From NCBI GenBank assembly GCA_040390125.1, contig JAZJYZ010000001.1, positions 243,026-307,025 of the forward strand: a stretch of DNA of 64,000 bases. The letters are read 5' to 3'. Positions 8,860 to 17,946 of this stretch are shown here, in pieces. Position 1 is the stretch's first letter, and each line of letters opens with the position of its first letter. This DNA comes from Patescibacteria group bacterium (GTDB lineage Bacteria > Patescibacteriota > Minisyncoccia > Phycocordibacterales > Phycocordibacteraceae). A program made the position numbers and the translations under genes. The notes under the pieces are model-generated. The model was not told where the DNA came from and made no database searches. It worked only from the letters and a program-made list of their open reading frames with translations.

Positions 8860-8933
8860 TCAAAACTATACGATCAATCGTATAGTTTTGAATTTGAATG
8901 TTCTGAAAATTACCACATGGTAATTTTCAGAAC
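8860..8933. repeat. Two adjacent near-perfect palindromes
   Basis: TCAAAACTATACGAT-CA-ATCGTATAGTTTTGA and GTTCTGAAAATTACCA-CA-TGGTAATTTTCAGAAC. Confidence 0.85.
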
Positions 8934-8990
8934 TACTTTCTACCGCCATCTTCTACCTACTACTCTCTACCCACTACCCTCTGTTCCACC

Positions 8991-9635
8991 TCAGTGGGCG
9001 AGGGTGATTGCAATAACTTCAGAAGCACCCGCTTGAATGAGTGCTCGTTTTGCATCAGCGAGTGTTGTGCCAGTTTCCGCAACGTCATCTATAAGGACTA
9101 TCTGCATGCCTGTGACCTTTTCAGGACGAATGACGGAGAATGCCCCAGCAATATTTTTTTCACGCTCTGACTTTAATACTTCTACTTGGCTTGCTCTGTC
9201 TTCCCGACCCAACACATCAGGTGCATAGATGACCTGCCCTTCAAGGTGGGGGAGTGTGGCGAGCACGATTCTCTCCACTTGATTGTAGCCTCGAGCTTTT
9301 AGGCGAGCTCTTGAGCTTGGAATAGGGACGAGGAGTGGATTTCGCCAGCCCTGAAGCGTTTTCTTTTCCTCGAGTATGTGGATGATTTCATCAGCAAGGA
9401 TTCTGCCCAGAGCTGGCAGGGGTGCTTTTTCGCCCCGGTATTTTATTGCCCGAATAAGTGCACGAACTTTATGGTTTCGGTATGGGAAAAGTGCAGTAAT
9501 CCACTGCCTATCTCGATGAATCATCGGATGCAGAAGCTCCGCAAGGGTATCTTCTGAAAGTGAGCGTGCGATTGAGGATTCGCTGGATATTGGAATCAAT
9601 GCATCAAGAATCCTCCTAAAAATGTGGCCAATCAT
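8991..9635 (-). CDS. comF: ComF-family competence protein (phosphoribosyltransferase fold)
   Basis: LVPIP...R...RGYNQ, ER..NI.GAF, VLIDDV..TGTTL. Confidence 0.88.
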   Translation of the reverse strand: MIGHIFRRILDALIPISSESSIARSLSEDTLAELLHPMIHRDRQWITALFPYRNHKVRALIRAIKYRGEKAPLPALGRILADEIIHILEEKKTLQGWRNPLLVPIPSSRARLKARGYNQVERIVLATLPHLEGQVIYAPDVLGREDRASQVEVLKSEREKNIAGAFSVIRPEKVTGMQIVLIDDVAETGTTLADAKRALIQAGASEVIAITLAH

Positions 9636-9770
9636 GGTATACTTGGCAACATTGTACCCCCATACGGCGCTTTGACTGCACTCATAAGAAGAACACTGCG
9701 GGAGGCATTAGAGATTCATCATGATAATTATTAGTTTCCGTCTTTGTCAGTCGTAGTATCTCTTTTAAGT

Positions 9771-10883
9771 ATGGATTTTTCTCTCGGCGGTTTGTCTGAA
9801 AAATTGAGGCAGTTCACTTCCTCTTTAGGAGTGAAGGATGGATTGAGTGTACTTGGCGTGGACATTGGCACATCATCCATAAAGATAGTGCAGGTGAAAG
9901 AAGTGCGTGGCAGTGCCGTGCTTGAAACGTATGGTGAAATTGCACTTGGTCCTTATGCGAATGCTGAAGTAGGACAAGCGGTCAGTCCTTCGTCCGAAAA
10001 AATTGGGGAAGCATTGAAGGATGTGCTCCATGAGGCAAACGCAACAGCGAAAGCCGGTGGATTCTCTGTACCACTCTCCGGTTCACTCATTAATGTCATC
10101 AGTCTGCCGACCAAAGATCCAAACGATTTGGCAAACATGATTCCCATAGAGGCACGCAAGTATATTCCTGTACCAATTTCAGAAGTTGCACTCGATTGGT
10201 TTGTGATTCCTGATGAAGAAGCAAAATTTTTAAGTCCACAAGGCGGAGCAGGGAAGACCGCAAACTCAACAGAGGTGCTCCTCGTTGCTATTCATAACCA
10301 AGTGCTTGCTAAATATCAATTAATTACGGAAGCTGCCACGCTCACGCCTAGGTTCTTTGAAGTAGAGCCGTTCAGTATGGGGCGAGCTTCATACGAGCAC
10401 ACCACTGCACCCGCCATGATTATTGATATGGGTGCTTCTTCGACCCGGGTATACATTATTGAATTTGGTATTATTGATGTGTCGCACACTATAGGGCGAG
10501 GAGGCCAGGATTTGACGTTGGCTCTCGCAAAATCTACAGGCGCTACGTTCCAAGAGGCCGAGAACATAAAGCGTGACAAAGGCTTAGCTGATTCTGAAGC
10601 TGGCTCTGCTGCACTTGATTTCGTATTTGCTGAAGCTCGCCGTATTTTGCTCACCTATCAGCGTAAAGAAGGTAAAGCGGTTTCGCAGGTTGTACTCGTC
10701 GGAGGAGGAGCAGCACTGAAAGGTATTAAGGAGATGGCTGCAAAATCATTTGACGCACGCATTATTGTTGCTTCACCGTTTGAAAAACTGGCAACTCCCG
10801 CTTTCATTGGCGATGTCTTGAAAGGAGCGGGACCTTCGTTTGCTTCGGCAATTGGATTGGCACTTAGAGCACTGCACCAGTAA
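9771..10883 (+). CDS. pilM: Type IV pilus assembly protein PilM
   Basis: GVDIGTSSIKIV, EARKYIP, IDMGASST, VVLVGGGA actin-like ATPase motifs; first gene of the pil cluster. Confidence 0.9.
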   Translation: MDFSLGGLSEKLRQFTSSLGVKDGLSVLGVDIGTSSIKIVQVKEVRGSAVLETYGEIALGPYANAEVGQAVSPSSEKIGEALKDVLHEANATAKAGGFSVPLSGSLINVISLPTKDPNDLANMIPIEARKYIPVPISEVALDWFVIPDEEAKFLSPQGGAGKTANSTEVLLVAIHNQVLAKYQLITEAATLTPRFFEVEPFSMGRASYEHTTAPAMIIDMGASSTRVYIIEFGIIDVSHTIGRGGQDLTLALAKSTGATFQEAENIKRDKGLADSEAGSAALDFVFAEARRILLTYQRKEGKAVSQVVLVGGGAALKGIKEMAAKSFDARIIVASPFEKLATPAFIGDVLKGAGPSFASAIGLALRALHQ

Positions 10884-10896
10884 CAGCCAGAGCTTC

Positions 10897-10958
10897 TAGG
10901 TGCTAGCTTCTAGCTTTAATAATTTCCACTAACACCTAGAACCTAGAACCTAGAACCT
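10897..10958 (+). repeat. Paired complementary heptamer arrays (pilM/pilN junction)
   Basis: TAGGTGC TAGCTTC TAGCTTT ... CACCTA GAACCTA GAACCTA GAACCT. Confidence 0.8.
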
Positions 10959-10982
10959 TTTTTCTAGTGTTATGCTTTCCAC

Positions 10983-11618
10983 ATGGAAGAGCGTGTGAAG
11001 ACGTCGTTTATACCTAAGGCAGCGCTAAAGGTTGAGCGAACTGAAGTGAGAAGGGCAAGTCCCGTTGCACTCGTGAATATAGTCGCAGGTGCCATTTTGG
11101 TTATTACTATTCTTGCTGCCGGCGGTTTATTTGTTTTTGAGCGTTATTCAGTTCAAGCAGTCGAGAGCAAACGTCAATCATTAGAGCGATCTCGTGCAGC
11201 ATTTGAACCCGCTACAATAAAAGAGCTGTCACGCCTTGATACCAGGATTGCTGCAGGCACCGCACTTCTCAAAAGTCATACTGCACTCTCGTATCTTTTT
11301 GATGAGCTAGAAAAGCAAATGCTTTCCTCCGTTAGGTTTGAAGACTTTTCATATGACATCGCAGATCCAACCCGCACACTTCTTTCTGCAAGCGGGGAAG
11401 CGGCGAGCTTTAACGCTGTCGCATTGCAATCCGACGCATTCAGTAAAAGCAGTATTATCACCGAGCCTATTTTCTCGAACGTGAATATTTCGAAAACCGG
11501 TACCATAATTTTTGACTTCACCGCAGTAATCGATACATCACGTATGGGCTATACCGGCACAGTTGCACCAGCAGTATCAGTGCCTTCAGTAGCAACCTCT
11601 TCAACACCAGCACTATGA
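10983..11618 (+). CDS. PilN-like pilus alignment protein
   Basis: Single N-terminal TM helix, coiled coil, ferredoxin-like C-terminus; lies after pilM. Confidence 0.65.
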   Translation: MEERVKTSFIPKAALKVERTEVRRASPVALVNIVAGAILVITILAAGGLFVFERYSVQAVESKRQSLERSRAAFEPATIKELSRLDTRIAAGTALLKSHTALSYLFDELEKQMLSSVRFEDFSYDIADPTRTLLSASGEAASFNAVALQSDAFSKSSIITEPIFSNVNISKTGTIIFDFTAVIDTSRMGYTGTVAPAVSVPSVATSSTPAL

Positions 11619-12157
11619 AACTTCTAGCACCCATTGTTTTCCTTGCCATCTCCGGAGCCATCTTTTTCTTGTATATTGATAAAACATACGCAGGTTTAAA
11701 GACTGTGCTTGCGGAGGAGGCTCAGTTTGACGCTGCCCTCTCTCGTTCAAGAGAACTTCAAGATGTGCGTGACCAATTATTGAGCCGTTACAATACCTTT
11801 CCACAGGCAGATCTCGCTCGTTTGCAAAAATTAGTTCCTGATCACGTTGATAACGTACGCCTCATTCTTGATTTCGACAGCATGGCGAGCCGATACGGCA
11901 TGCGTGTGCGAGACGTGGTTATTGAAACTGCAAAAGAACGAACGACCCGAGGTCAAATAGGTCCTGACGAAAAATCCTACGAGTCGGTCATTCTATCCTT
12001 TACGGTCAGCGGTTCATACGACACCTTCCGTCAATACCTCGCCGACTTGGAGCGGAGCCTCCGTCTCGTTGATGTAGTGGGGCTTTCTTTTACTGCAAAC
12101 GAAACAGGCATCTATGACTTCAGTTTCCATATTAAAACCTACTGGCTTAAACCATGA
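11615..12157 (+). CDS. pilO: PilO-like pilus alignment protein
   Basis: TM helix plus coiled coil, F.V.GSY..F..YL..LE.S.RLVDV motif. Confidence 0.8.
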   Translation: MKLLAPIVFLAISGAIFFLYIDKTYAGLKTVLAEEAQFDAALSRSRELQDVRDQLLSRYNTFPQADLARLQKLVPDHVDNVRLILDFDSMASRYGMRVRDVVIETAKERTTRGQIGPDEKSYESVILSFTVSGSYDTFRQYLADLERSLRLVDVVGLSFTANETGIYDFSFHIKTYWLKP

Positions 12158-12462
12158 CGATACTTACACGTTACAAAGGAGTTCTTATTGCGCTAGCGGT
12201 CATCGTGGTCGCTTTTTTTGCGTACTCGTATTTCTTTCCTAAAGATTCTGCTCCGGCTCTTTCGGCCGAAATAGCACCCGAGAATGTTTCTGTCGACCAG
12301 GACTTAATTTCGCTCCTTCTTGAGCTTAAATCTATAAAACTCAATGACGCTATATTTGCTGACAGTGCATTCAAGAGCTTGCAGGATTTCAGTCAGGAGC
12401 TCGTGCCAGAACCTGTGGGACGCAACAATCCGTTTGCTCCACTTGGCGCAAAACCGAGATAA
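12154..12462 (+). CDS. Small membrane protein in the PilP position
   Basis: TM helix; C-terminal GRNNPFAP resembles the PilP R.PF motif. Confidence 0.6.
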   Translation: MTILTRYKGVLIALAVIVVAFFAYSYFFPKDSAPALSAEIAPENVSVDQDLISLLLELKSIKLNDAIFADSAFKSLQDFSQELVPEPVGRNNPFAPLGAKPR

Positions 12463-12584
12463 TTAATGAACCTCCAAAATACAAACCTCAAAAACTAAAA
12501 TCTGCCAAAATCTCAATGATTAAAATTTTATTCCTTCAAAATTCATTTGTAACTTCTAACTTGGTTCTTGATTCTTTTTGATGT

Positions 12585-14348
12585 ATGGATGTTCTCTCAC
12601 TTCTCTCTCAAAAGGGTCTCATTGACACAAATGCTCTCGCAGGCATAAAGGAAGAAATTGCTTCAGGTTCAAAAACTCTTGAGAAAGCACTTCTAGACAG
12701 AGGTGTATCGTCTGGCGATATTCTTTCAGCTCGGGGAGAGTACTACTCGGTTCCTACACGCTCTATTGGTGATGACGCCGTCCCATTTGAAGTCTTAAAT
12801 TACATTCCCGAGGAATCCGCACGGCATTATCGTTTTATTCCGGTGGCTTTGAATGATGGCGTGTTAGAGGTTGGTACTACAGATCCTGACAATCTTGATG
12901 CAATTGAGGCACTGAATTTTATTGCCTCGCGTACAAATATACCCTACAAGCTTTTTCTCATCTCCGATGAAGATTTCGATAAAGTTATCGGAATGTACAA
13001 GGGACTCTCTGGGGAAGTGGGGCAAGCGTTAGGAGAGCTAGAGACCGCTACGCCCGACAATGATGCACTCTCTGTAACTCTCGACGAGGCTCCGAGTGAA
13101 AAACTCACAGACGCAGAGAATGGTAACGTAAAAATAAAAGAAGATGCTCCGGTCACTAAGATTGTTGCCACCATATTGCGTTATGCCGTTGACGGTAAGG
13201 CGTCTGACATCCATGTGGAGCCCACACGAGAGGAGTTAAAGGTGCGTTTTCGTGTCGACGGCGTTCTCTATACCTCACTTCGTTTGCCAAAAAATTTGGA
13301 GCGTTCTGTTATTGCACGCATCAAGGTATTGTCGTCGCTGAAACTCGACGAGCGTCGTAAACCACAAGACGGACGTTTTTCTGCAACTATCGATGCCAGG
13401 CGTGTTGATTTTCGTGTATCTACGTTCCCGACGTATCACGGTGAGAAGGTGGTGATGCGTATTTTAGACAGGCGACATGAGTCTCAGAAGCTGGGGGATT
13501 TAGGTCTTACGCCGGAGAACACGGAAATACTTCGAACTGCTATAAAACGTCCGTTCGGAATTATCATCATCTCAGGCCCTACAGGGAGCGGTAAATCGAC
13601 GACGCTTTACGCAATGCTTCAGGAGTTTGATCGTGAGGGCTTGAATGTTGTGTCTCTCGAAGACCCGGTGGAATATGACATCGATGGCGTTGCACAGTCG
13701 CAAGTACGACCAGAAATAGGATATACATTCGCATCAGGTCTCCGCTCAATACTGCGCCAAGATCCAAACATCATCATGGTGGGAGAAATCCGTGACAAAG
13801 AAACAGCGCAACTTGCAATTCAAGCAGCGCTCACTGGGCATCTCGTATTGACGACACTTCACACCAATAACGCCATTGGTATCGTGCCACGCCTGGTTGA
13901 CATGGGTGTCGACCCATACCTCATTGCGCCAACGCTCATTCTTTCTATTGCACAACGTCTGGTGCGACTTCGTTGCGAAGATGCTGGGCGACCTATTCCA
14001 TTTGAAGGTGCGGTAGCAACCATGATAGAGAATCAATTTAAAGATCTTCCAGAAGAATTTAAGAAGAAACTTCCTGAAACAAAGACGGTATACGGGATTT
14101 CGTCCTCTCCAACCTGCGCTAACGGCACCCGCGGACGCATTGCAGTCTTCGAGATGCTTCCTGCATCTCCTGAACTGGAACACACAATTCTCACAAATCC
14201 CATTGAAGACGAATTATATAAAGTGGCACGTGCACAAGGTATGTTTACGATGAAAGAGGATGCTATTATGAAAATGCTCAAAGGTACAATTCCGTTTGAA
14301 GAAGTGAATACGCTTGGCGGAGAATTGCTTCGCGATGACGAAGCCTAA
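12585..14348 (+). CDS. pilB: Type IV pilus extension ATPase (PilB/GspE family)
   Basis: ASDIHVEP, PQDGRF, GPTGSGKSTT, EDPVEY, LRQDP..IMVGEIRD, TGHLVLTTLHTN. Confidence 0.95.
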   Translation: MDVLSLLSQKGLIDTNALAGIKEEIASGSKTLEKALLDRGVSSGDILSARGEYYSVPTRSIGDDAVPFEVLNYIPEESARHYRFIPVALNDGVLEVGTTDPDNLDAIEALNFIASRTNIPYKLFLISDEDFDKVIGMYKGLSGEVGQALGELETATPDNDALSVTLDEAPSEKLTDAENGNVKIKEDAPVTKIVATILRYAVDGKASDIHVEPTREELKVRFRVDGVLYTSLRLPKNLERSVIARIKVLSSLKLDERRKPQDGRFSATIDARRVDFRVSTFPTYHGEKVVMRILDRRHESQKLGDLGLTPENTEILRTAIKRPFGIIIISGPTGSGKSTTLYAMLQEFDREGLNVVSLEDPVEYDIDGVAQSQVRPEIGYTFASGLRSILRQDPNIIMVGEIRDKETAQLAIQAALTGHLVLTTLHTNNAIGIVPRLVDMGVDPYLIAPTLILSIAQRLVRLRCEDAGRPIPFEGAVATMIENQFKDLPEEFKKKLPETKTVYGISSSPTCANGTRGRIAVFEMLPASPELEHTILTNPIEDELYKVARAQGMFTMKEDAIMKMLKGTIPFEEVNTLGGELLRDDEA

Positions 14349-14362
14349 AGATTATTACTACT

Positions 14363-14764
14363 ATGGAACCAAGTGCAAAAAAACAGTACTCGATTCTCCT
14401 TGTTGACGACGACCGGTTCCTTTTAGACATGTATACGTTGAAGTTTAAGAACGATGGTTTCGTAGTTGAGGCTATTCCTGATTCTTCGCTCGCTCTTGAA
14501 AAACTTCGAAAGGGTTTTGTGCCAAATATTATTTTGTTGGACGTGGTTATGCCTGGGCTCTCTGGATTTGAACTGTTAGAAGCTGTTCAGAAAGAGGGTC
14601 TTGCGAAAGGAGCGGTAATTATTATGCTTTCCAATCAAGGCCTTCAGGAAGATATAGATAAAGGTATGAAACTCGGTGCTTCTGGATACATCATTAAGGC
14701 AAGCTCAATCCCTTCCGAGGTATTACAGAAAACGTTGGCTATTGCCGATGCAAAAATAAAGTAA
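14363..14764 (+). CDS. Single-domain response regulator receiver
   Basis: ILLVDDD, LLDVVMPGLSG, IIMLSN, GASGYIIK. Confidence 0.9.
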   Translation: MEPSAKKQYSILLVDDDRFLLDMYTLKFKNDGFVVEAIPDSSLALEKLRKGFVPNIILLDVVMPGLSGFELLEAVQKEGLAKGAVIIMLSNQGLQEDIDKGMKLGASGYIIKASSIPSEVLQKTLAIADAKIK

Positions 14765-14781
14765 GAGTGTGAGATTCTCAT

Positions 14782-15843
14782 ATGGAATATAAAAGCGAAT
14801 TGGAATCATTAATAGAGACGGTTATTGCGGAAGGGGCCTCTGATCTGCATATCACCGCAAACTCGAACCCAATAATTCGGGTTTCCGGTGCCCTAATCCC
14901 ACTTTTGAAACGTGCAAAATACACTTCTGAAGATACGAGAGGGCTGTTGACCGTACTTATATCACCAGAAAAGTTGAAAGCATTTAATGATGAGCAAGAG
15001 GTTGATTTCTCGTATCAATATAAAGACAAAGGGAGGTTTCGTGGTAATGCGTTTGTTCAGCAGGGAGCTGTTTCAGTGGCACTCCGTCTTATACCTAAAG
15101 AAATGAAGACTCTCGAAGAGTTGGGGTTGCCACCAATTCTTGAAACATTTTGCCAATTACAACAAGGATTTTTTCTCGTTGTCGGGCCTGTGGGTCAAGG
15201 AAAGTCGACGACACTTGCAGCGATGATAGAAAAGATAAATCAAACACGAACTGAACACATCATCACGATTGAAGACCCAATCGAGTACATGTTCGAATCA
15301 AAAAATTCAGTTATCAATCAGCGTGAGGTGAGGATTGATACTAAAACATTTCAAGCGGCTCTTCTTTCTGCGTTCCGTGAAGACATTAATGTACTCATGG
15401 TAGGGGAGATGCGGGGTCCTGAAACCATGTCTGCAGCTGTGACTGCTGCAGAAACAGGACACCTTGTGTTGTCGACCCTGCATACCAATAATGCGGCGCA
15501 AACCATAGATCGTATTATTGATACATTTCCAACAGGCCAACAGGATCAGATTCGTCTCCAGCTTGCATCATCGCTTGCTGGAATCTTCTCGCAACGTTTA
15601 GTCCCACGTATTTCTGGTGGCCTTATACCTGCCTATGAGCTTTTGATAAATAACGACGCAGTGGCAAATCTTATTCGTGAGAAGCGGACCCACGAAATAA
15701 ATGCCGTCATTGAGACAGGTACGGAGTCTGGCATGATTGATATGAATCGCTGTCTTGCGGACTTGGTGCGCCGTGGAGAAGTTACTCCTGAAAATGCCCT
15801 TGCGAAAACCTGGAATCCGAAAGCATTCTCCCGTCTTATGTAA
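14782..15843 (+). CDS. pilT: Type IV pilus retraction ATPase PilT
   Basis: ASDLHI, GPVGQGKSTT, EDPIEY, AAETGHLVLSTLHT, AVANLIRE (AIRNLIRE-type motif). Confidence 0.93.
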   Translation: MEYKSELESLIETVIAEGASDLHITANSNPIIRVSGALIPLLKRAKYTSEDTRGLLTVLISPEKLKAFNDEQEVDFSYQYKDKGRFRGNAFVQQGAVSVALRLIPKEMKTLEELGLPPILETFCQLQQGFFLVVGPVGQGKSTTLAAMIEKINQTRTEHIITIEDPIEYMFESKNSVINQREVRIDTKTFQAALLSAFREDINVLMVGEMRGPETMSAAVTAAETGHLVLSTLHTNNAAQTIDRIIDTFPTGQQDQIRLQLASSLAGIFSQRLVPRISGGLIPAYELLINNDAVANLIREKRTHEINAVIETGTESGMIDMNRCLADLVRRGEVTPENALAKTWNPKAFSRLM

Positions 15844-15844
15844 A

Positions 15845-15930
15845 AAGAATGTAGAATGTAGTGAGTAGTATGTAGAGAACTTCCAAATTTTTTTCTTCGC
15901 TACTTACTACCTACTACACTCTACTTTCCA
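15845..15930 (+). repeat. Paired complementary heptamer arrays (pilT/pilC junction)
   Basis: AAGAATG TAGAATG TAGTGAG TAGTATG TAGAGAA ... TTCGCTA CTTACTA CCTACTA CACTCTA CTTTCCA. Confidence 0.8.
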
Positions 15931-15936
15931 CTCACC

Positions 15937-17148
15937 ATGTTATTCAAATACCAAGCAATTGATTCAACAGGGGCAAAGCAGGACGGCACCATAGACGCAA
16001 TATCTCGTGACGTTGCGATTACTTCACTGCAACGTAGGTCTCTCACTATCTCTTCTATTCAGGAAACCGAAACTGAAAAGAGCTCAGTTTTTGGAAGCAA
16101 CATCACCCTCTTCGAGAGTGTGACGAACCGGGACATCGTACTTTTATCACGGCAGATTGCGACCCTCTTCGAAGCACAGGTGTCGGCATTGCGTGTATTT
16201 CGTCTACTTGCTTCGGAATCTGAAAAACCGCTTTTAGGACGAGTGTTAACTGAAGTGGGGGACGACCTACAGTCTGGTAGCCCTATATCAAAGGCTCTCT
16301 CAAAGCATCCAAAAGTTTTCACTCCATTTTATGTGAACATGGTGAAGTCTGGCGAAGAGTCGGGCAAGCTCGATCAGACATTTATGTATCTCGCCGACTA
16401 TCTTGATCGTTCCTACGAGGTGACGAGCAAAGCAAAAAATGCCCTTATCTACCCGGCGTTTGTTATTGCTACATTTTTTGTAGTGATGATTCTTATGATG
16501 ACCATGGTTATTCCACGCATCTCATCAATTCTCACTGACGCAGGACAAAAAATACCTTTGTATACGCAGGTGGTTATCAATATCAGTAATTTTTTCGTAG
16601 ACTATGGTGTATTTCTTCTGATTCTCGCTGTGGTTGGCGGAGTACTTCTTTTCCGTTATGCAAAAACTCCCCAAGGACGGGCGTCATTTAGTTCATTTGA
16701 ACTCGCTATTCCCTATGTGGGCGATCTCTATAAAAAGTTATATTTGTCCCGTATTGCTGACAATCTTGCCACAATGCTCGGCTCCGGTATTTCTGTAGTT
16801 CAAGCAGTTGACGTGACCTCAAACGTTGTTGGGAATGCTGTCTACGCTGATATTTTGCAGGAGGTTTCTGTTGCGGTAAAAGGTGGGGGTTCAGTATCGG
16901 GGGCTCTTGAAAAGCGAGCGGAAGTTCCTGGAATTATGGTTGCCATGATGCGTGTAGGAGAAGAAACAGGTGAATTAGGTAGTATCTTAAAGACGCTTGC
17001 CAAGTTTTATCAGCGAGAAGTTTCAACTAGTGTGGATACCCTTGTCGGGCTTATTGAGCCAATCATGATCGTAACGTTAGGCTTAGGAGTGGGTATACTT
17101 TTGGCGTCAGTATTGGTACCAATCTACAACCTTTCGGCGGCAATTTAA
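15937..17148 (+). CDS. pilC: Type IV pilus platform protein PilC (GspF family)
   Basis: GEESGKLD, ALIYP, GEETGEL, LIEP...P(I)YNL. Confidence 0.93.
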   Translation: MLFKYQAIDSTGAKQDGTIDAISRDVAITSLQRRSLTISSIQETETEKSSVFGSNITLFESVTNRDIVLLSRQIATLFEAQVSALRVFRLLASESEKPLLGRVLTEVGDDLQSGSPISKALSKHPKVFTPFYVNMVKSGEESGKLDQTFMYLADYLDRSYEVTSKAKNALIYPAFVIATFFVVMILMMTMVIPRISSILTDAGQKIPLYTQVVINISNFFVDYGVFLLILAVVGGVLLFRYAKTPQGRASFSSFELAIPYVGDLYKKLYLSRIADNLATMLGSGISVVQAVDVTSNVVGNAVYADILQEVSVAVKGGGSVSGALEKRAEVPGIMVAMMRVGEETGELGSILKTLAKFYQREVSTSVDTLVGLIEPIMIVTLGLGVGILLASVLVPIYNLSAAI

Positions 17149-17152
17149 CGAT

Positions 17153-17245
17153 TAGCCACTAGCCATTAGGGTATAGGGAGTAGTCAAAAAGCTTCCCATC
17201 CTTCTTGAATTTCCCTAAACGCTAGCCACTAAACCCTAAACCCTC
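17153..17245 (+). repeat. Paired complementary heptamer arrays (pilC/pilA junction)
   Basis: TAGCCAC TAGCCAT TAGGGTA TAGGGAG ... CCCTAAA CGCTAGC CACTAAA CCCTAAA CCCT. Confidence 0.8.
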
Positions 17246-17253
17246 TTTAGTTC

Positions 17254-17262
17254 TTATCCACA
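17254..17262 (+). promoter_or_regulatory. Consensus DnaA box upstream of the major pilin
   Basis: TTATCCACA about 30 nt upstream of a TACAAT -10-like hexamer. Confidence 0.35.
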
Positions 17263-17377
17263 TTTTTAAAGGTCATACTCCGTGGGAGCCTATACAATGG
17301 ATATTAGCTCTCGGCATTGCAGTCTTTCTTAATTTAGTAATTTCCTTGAGTTAAAATATATTCATAATAGAAAGTCT

Positions 17378-17830
17378 ATGTACATTAATTCAACAAAGCG
17401 AGGCTTCACCTTAATCGAACTCCTCGTCGTTATTGCCATCATCGGCATTCTCTCCTCAGTAGTCTTGGCGTCACTCAACACTGCACGCCTTAAATCACGA
17501 GACGCACGACGCTTCTCAGACATCAAACAACTCCAAATCGCCCTTGCTCTCTACAGCGACTCAAACTCCTCAGCATACCCAACCACACTCACCGCTCTTC
17601 AACCTACCTATATCAGTGTTGTTCCTACTGACCCTGTAGGTAATGCTGCCTATCGCTACTCTGCACTCGGTACTGGCGCAACCTGCTCAAGCTACCACCT
17701 TGGTGCCACACTTGAAGAGACTACCAACCAAGGTTTGAGTGGTGACATCGACGCAGCCGCAGGCTCCGCATGCACCGGCTCTTCTGCTGACTTTGCTGGC
17801 ACCGACCCTATCTACGACGTGAAGCCGTAG
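17378..17830 (+). CDS. pilA: Major type IV pilin
   Basis: 9-aa leader ending KRG|FTLIELLVVIAIIGIL; two Cys; C-ending codon bias suggesting high expression; own terminator. Confidence 0.85.
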   Translation: MYINSTKRGFTLIELLVVIAIIGILSSVVLASLNTARLKSRDARRFSDIKQLQIALALYSDSNSSAYPTTLTALQPTYISVVPTDPVGNAAYRYSALGTGATCSSYHLGATLEETTNQGLSGDIDAAAGSACTGSSADFAGTDPIYDVKP

Positions 17831-17873
17831 TTAGATAGCTTCTAGCTTCTAGCTTTTAGGACAGAGATATAAT

Positions 17874-17906
17874 AAAAAATCCCCCGAATGGGGGATTTTT
17901 ATTTTT
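17874..17906 (+). terminator. Intrinsic terminator after the major pilin
   Basis: AAAAAATCCCCC-GAAT-GGGGGATTTTT. Confidence 0.75.
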
Positions 17907-17946
17907 ATACTCTGAGTCGCTATTCTCACGGGGTATACTTCCCTCT

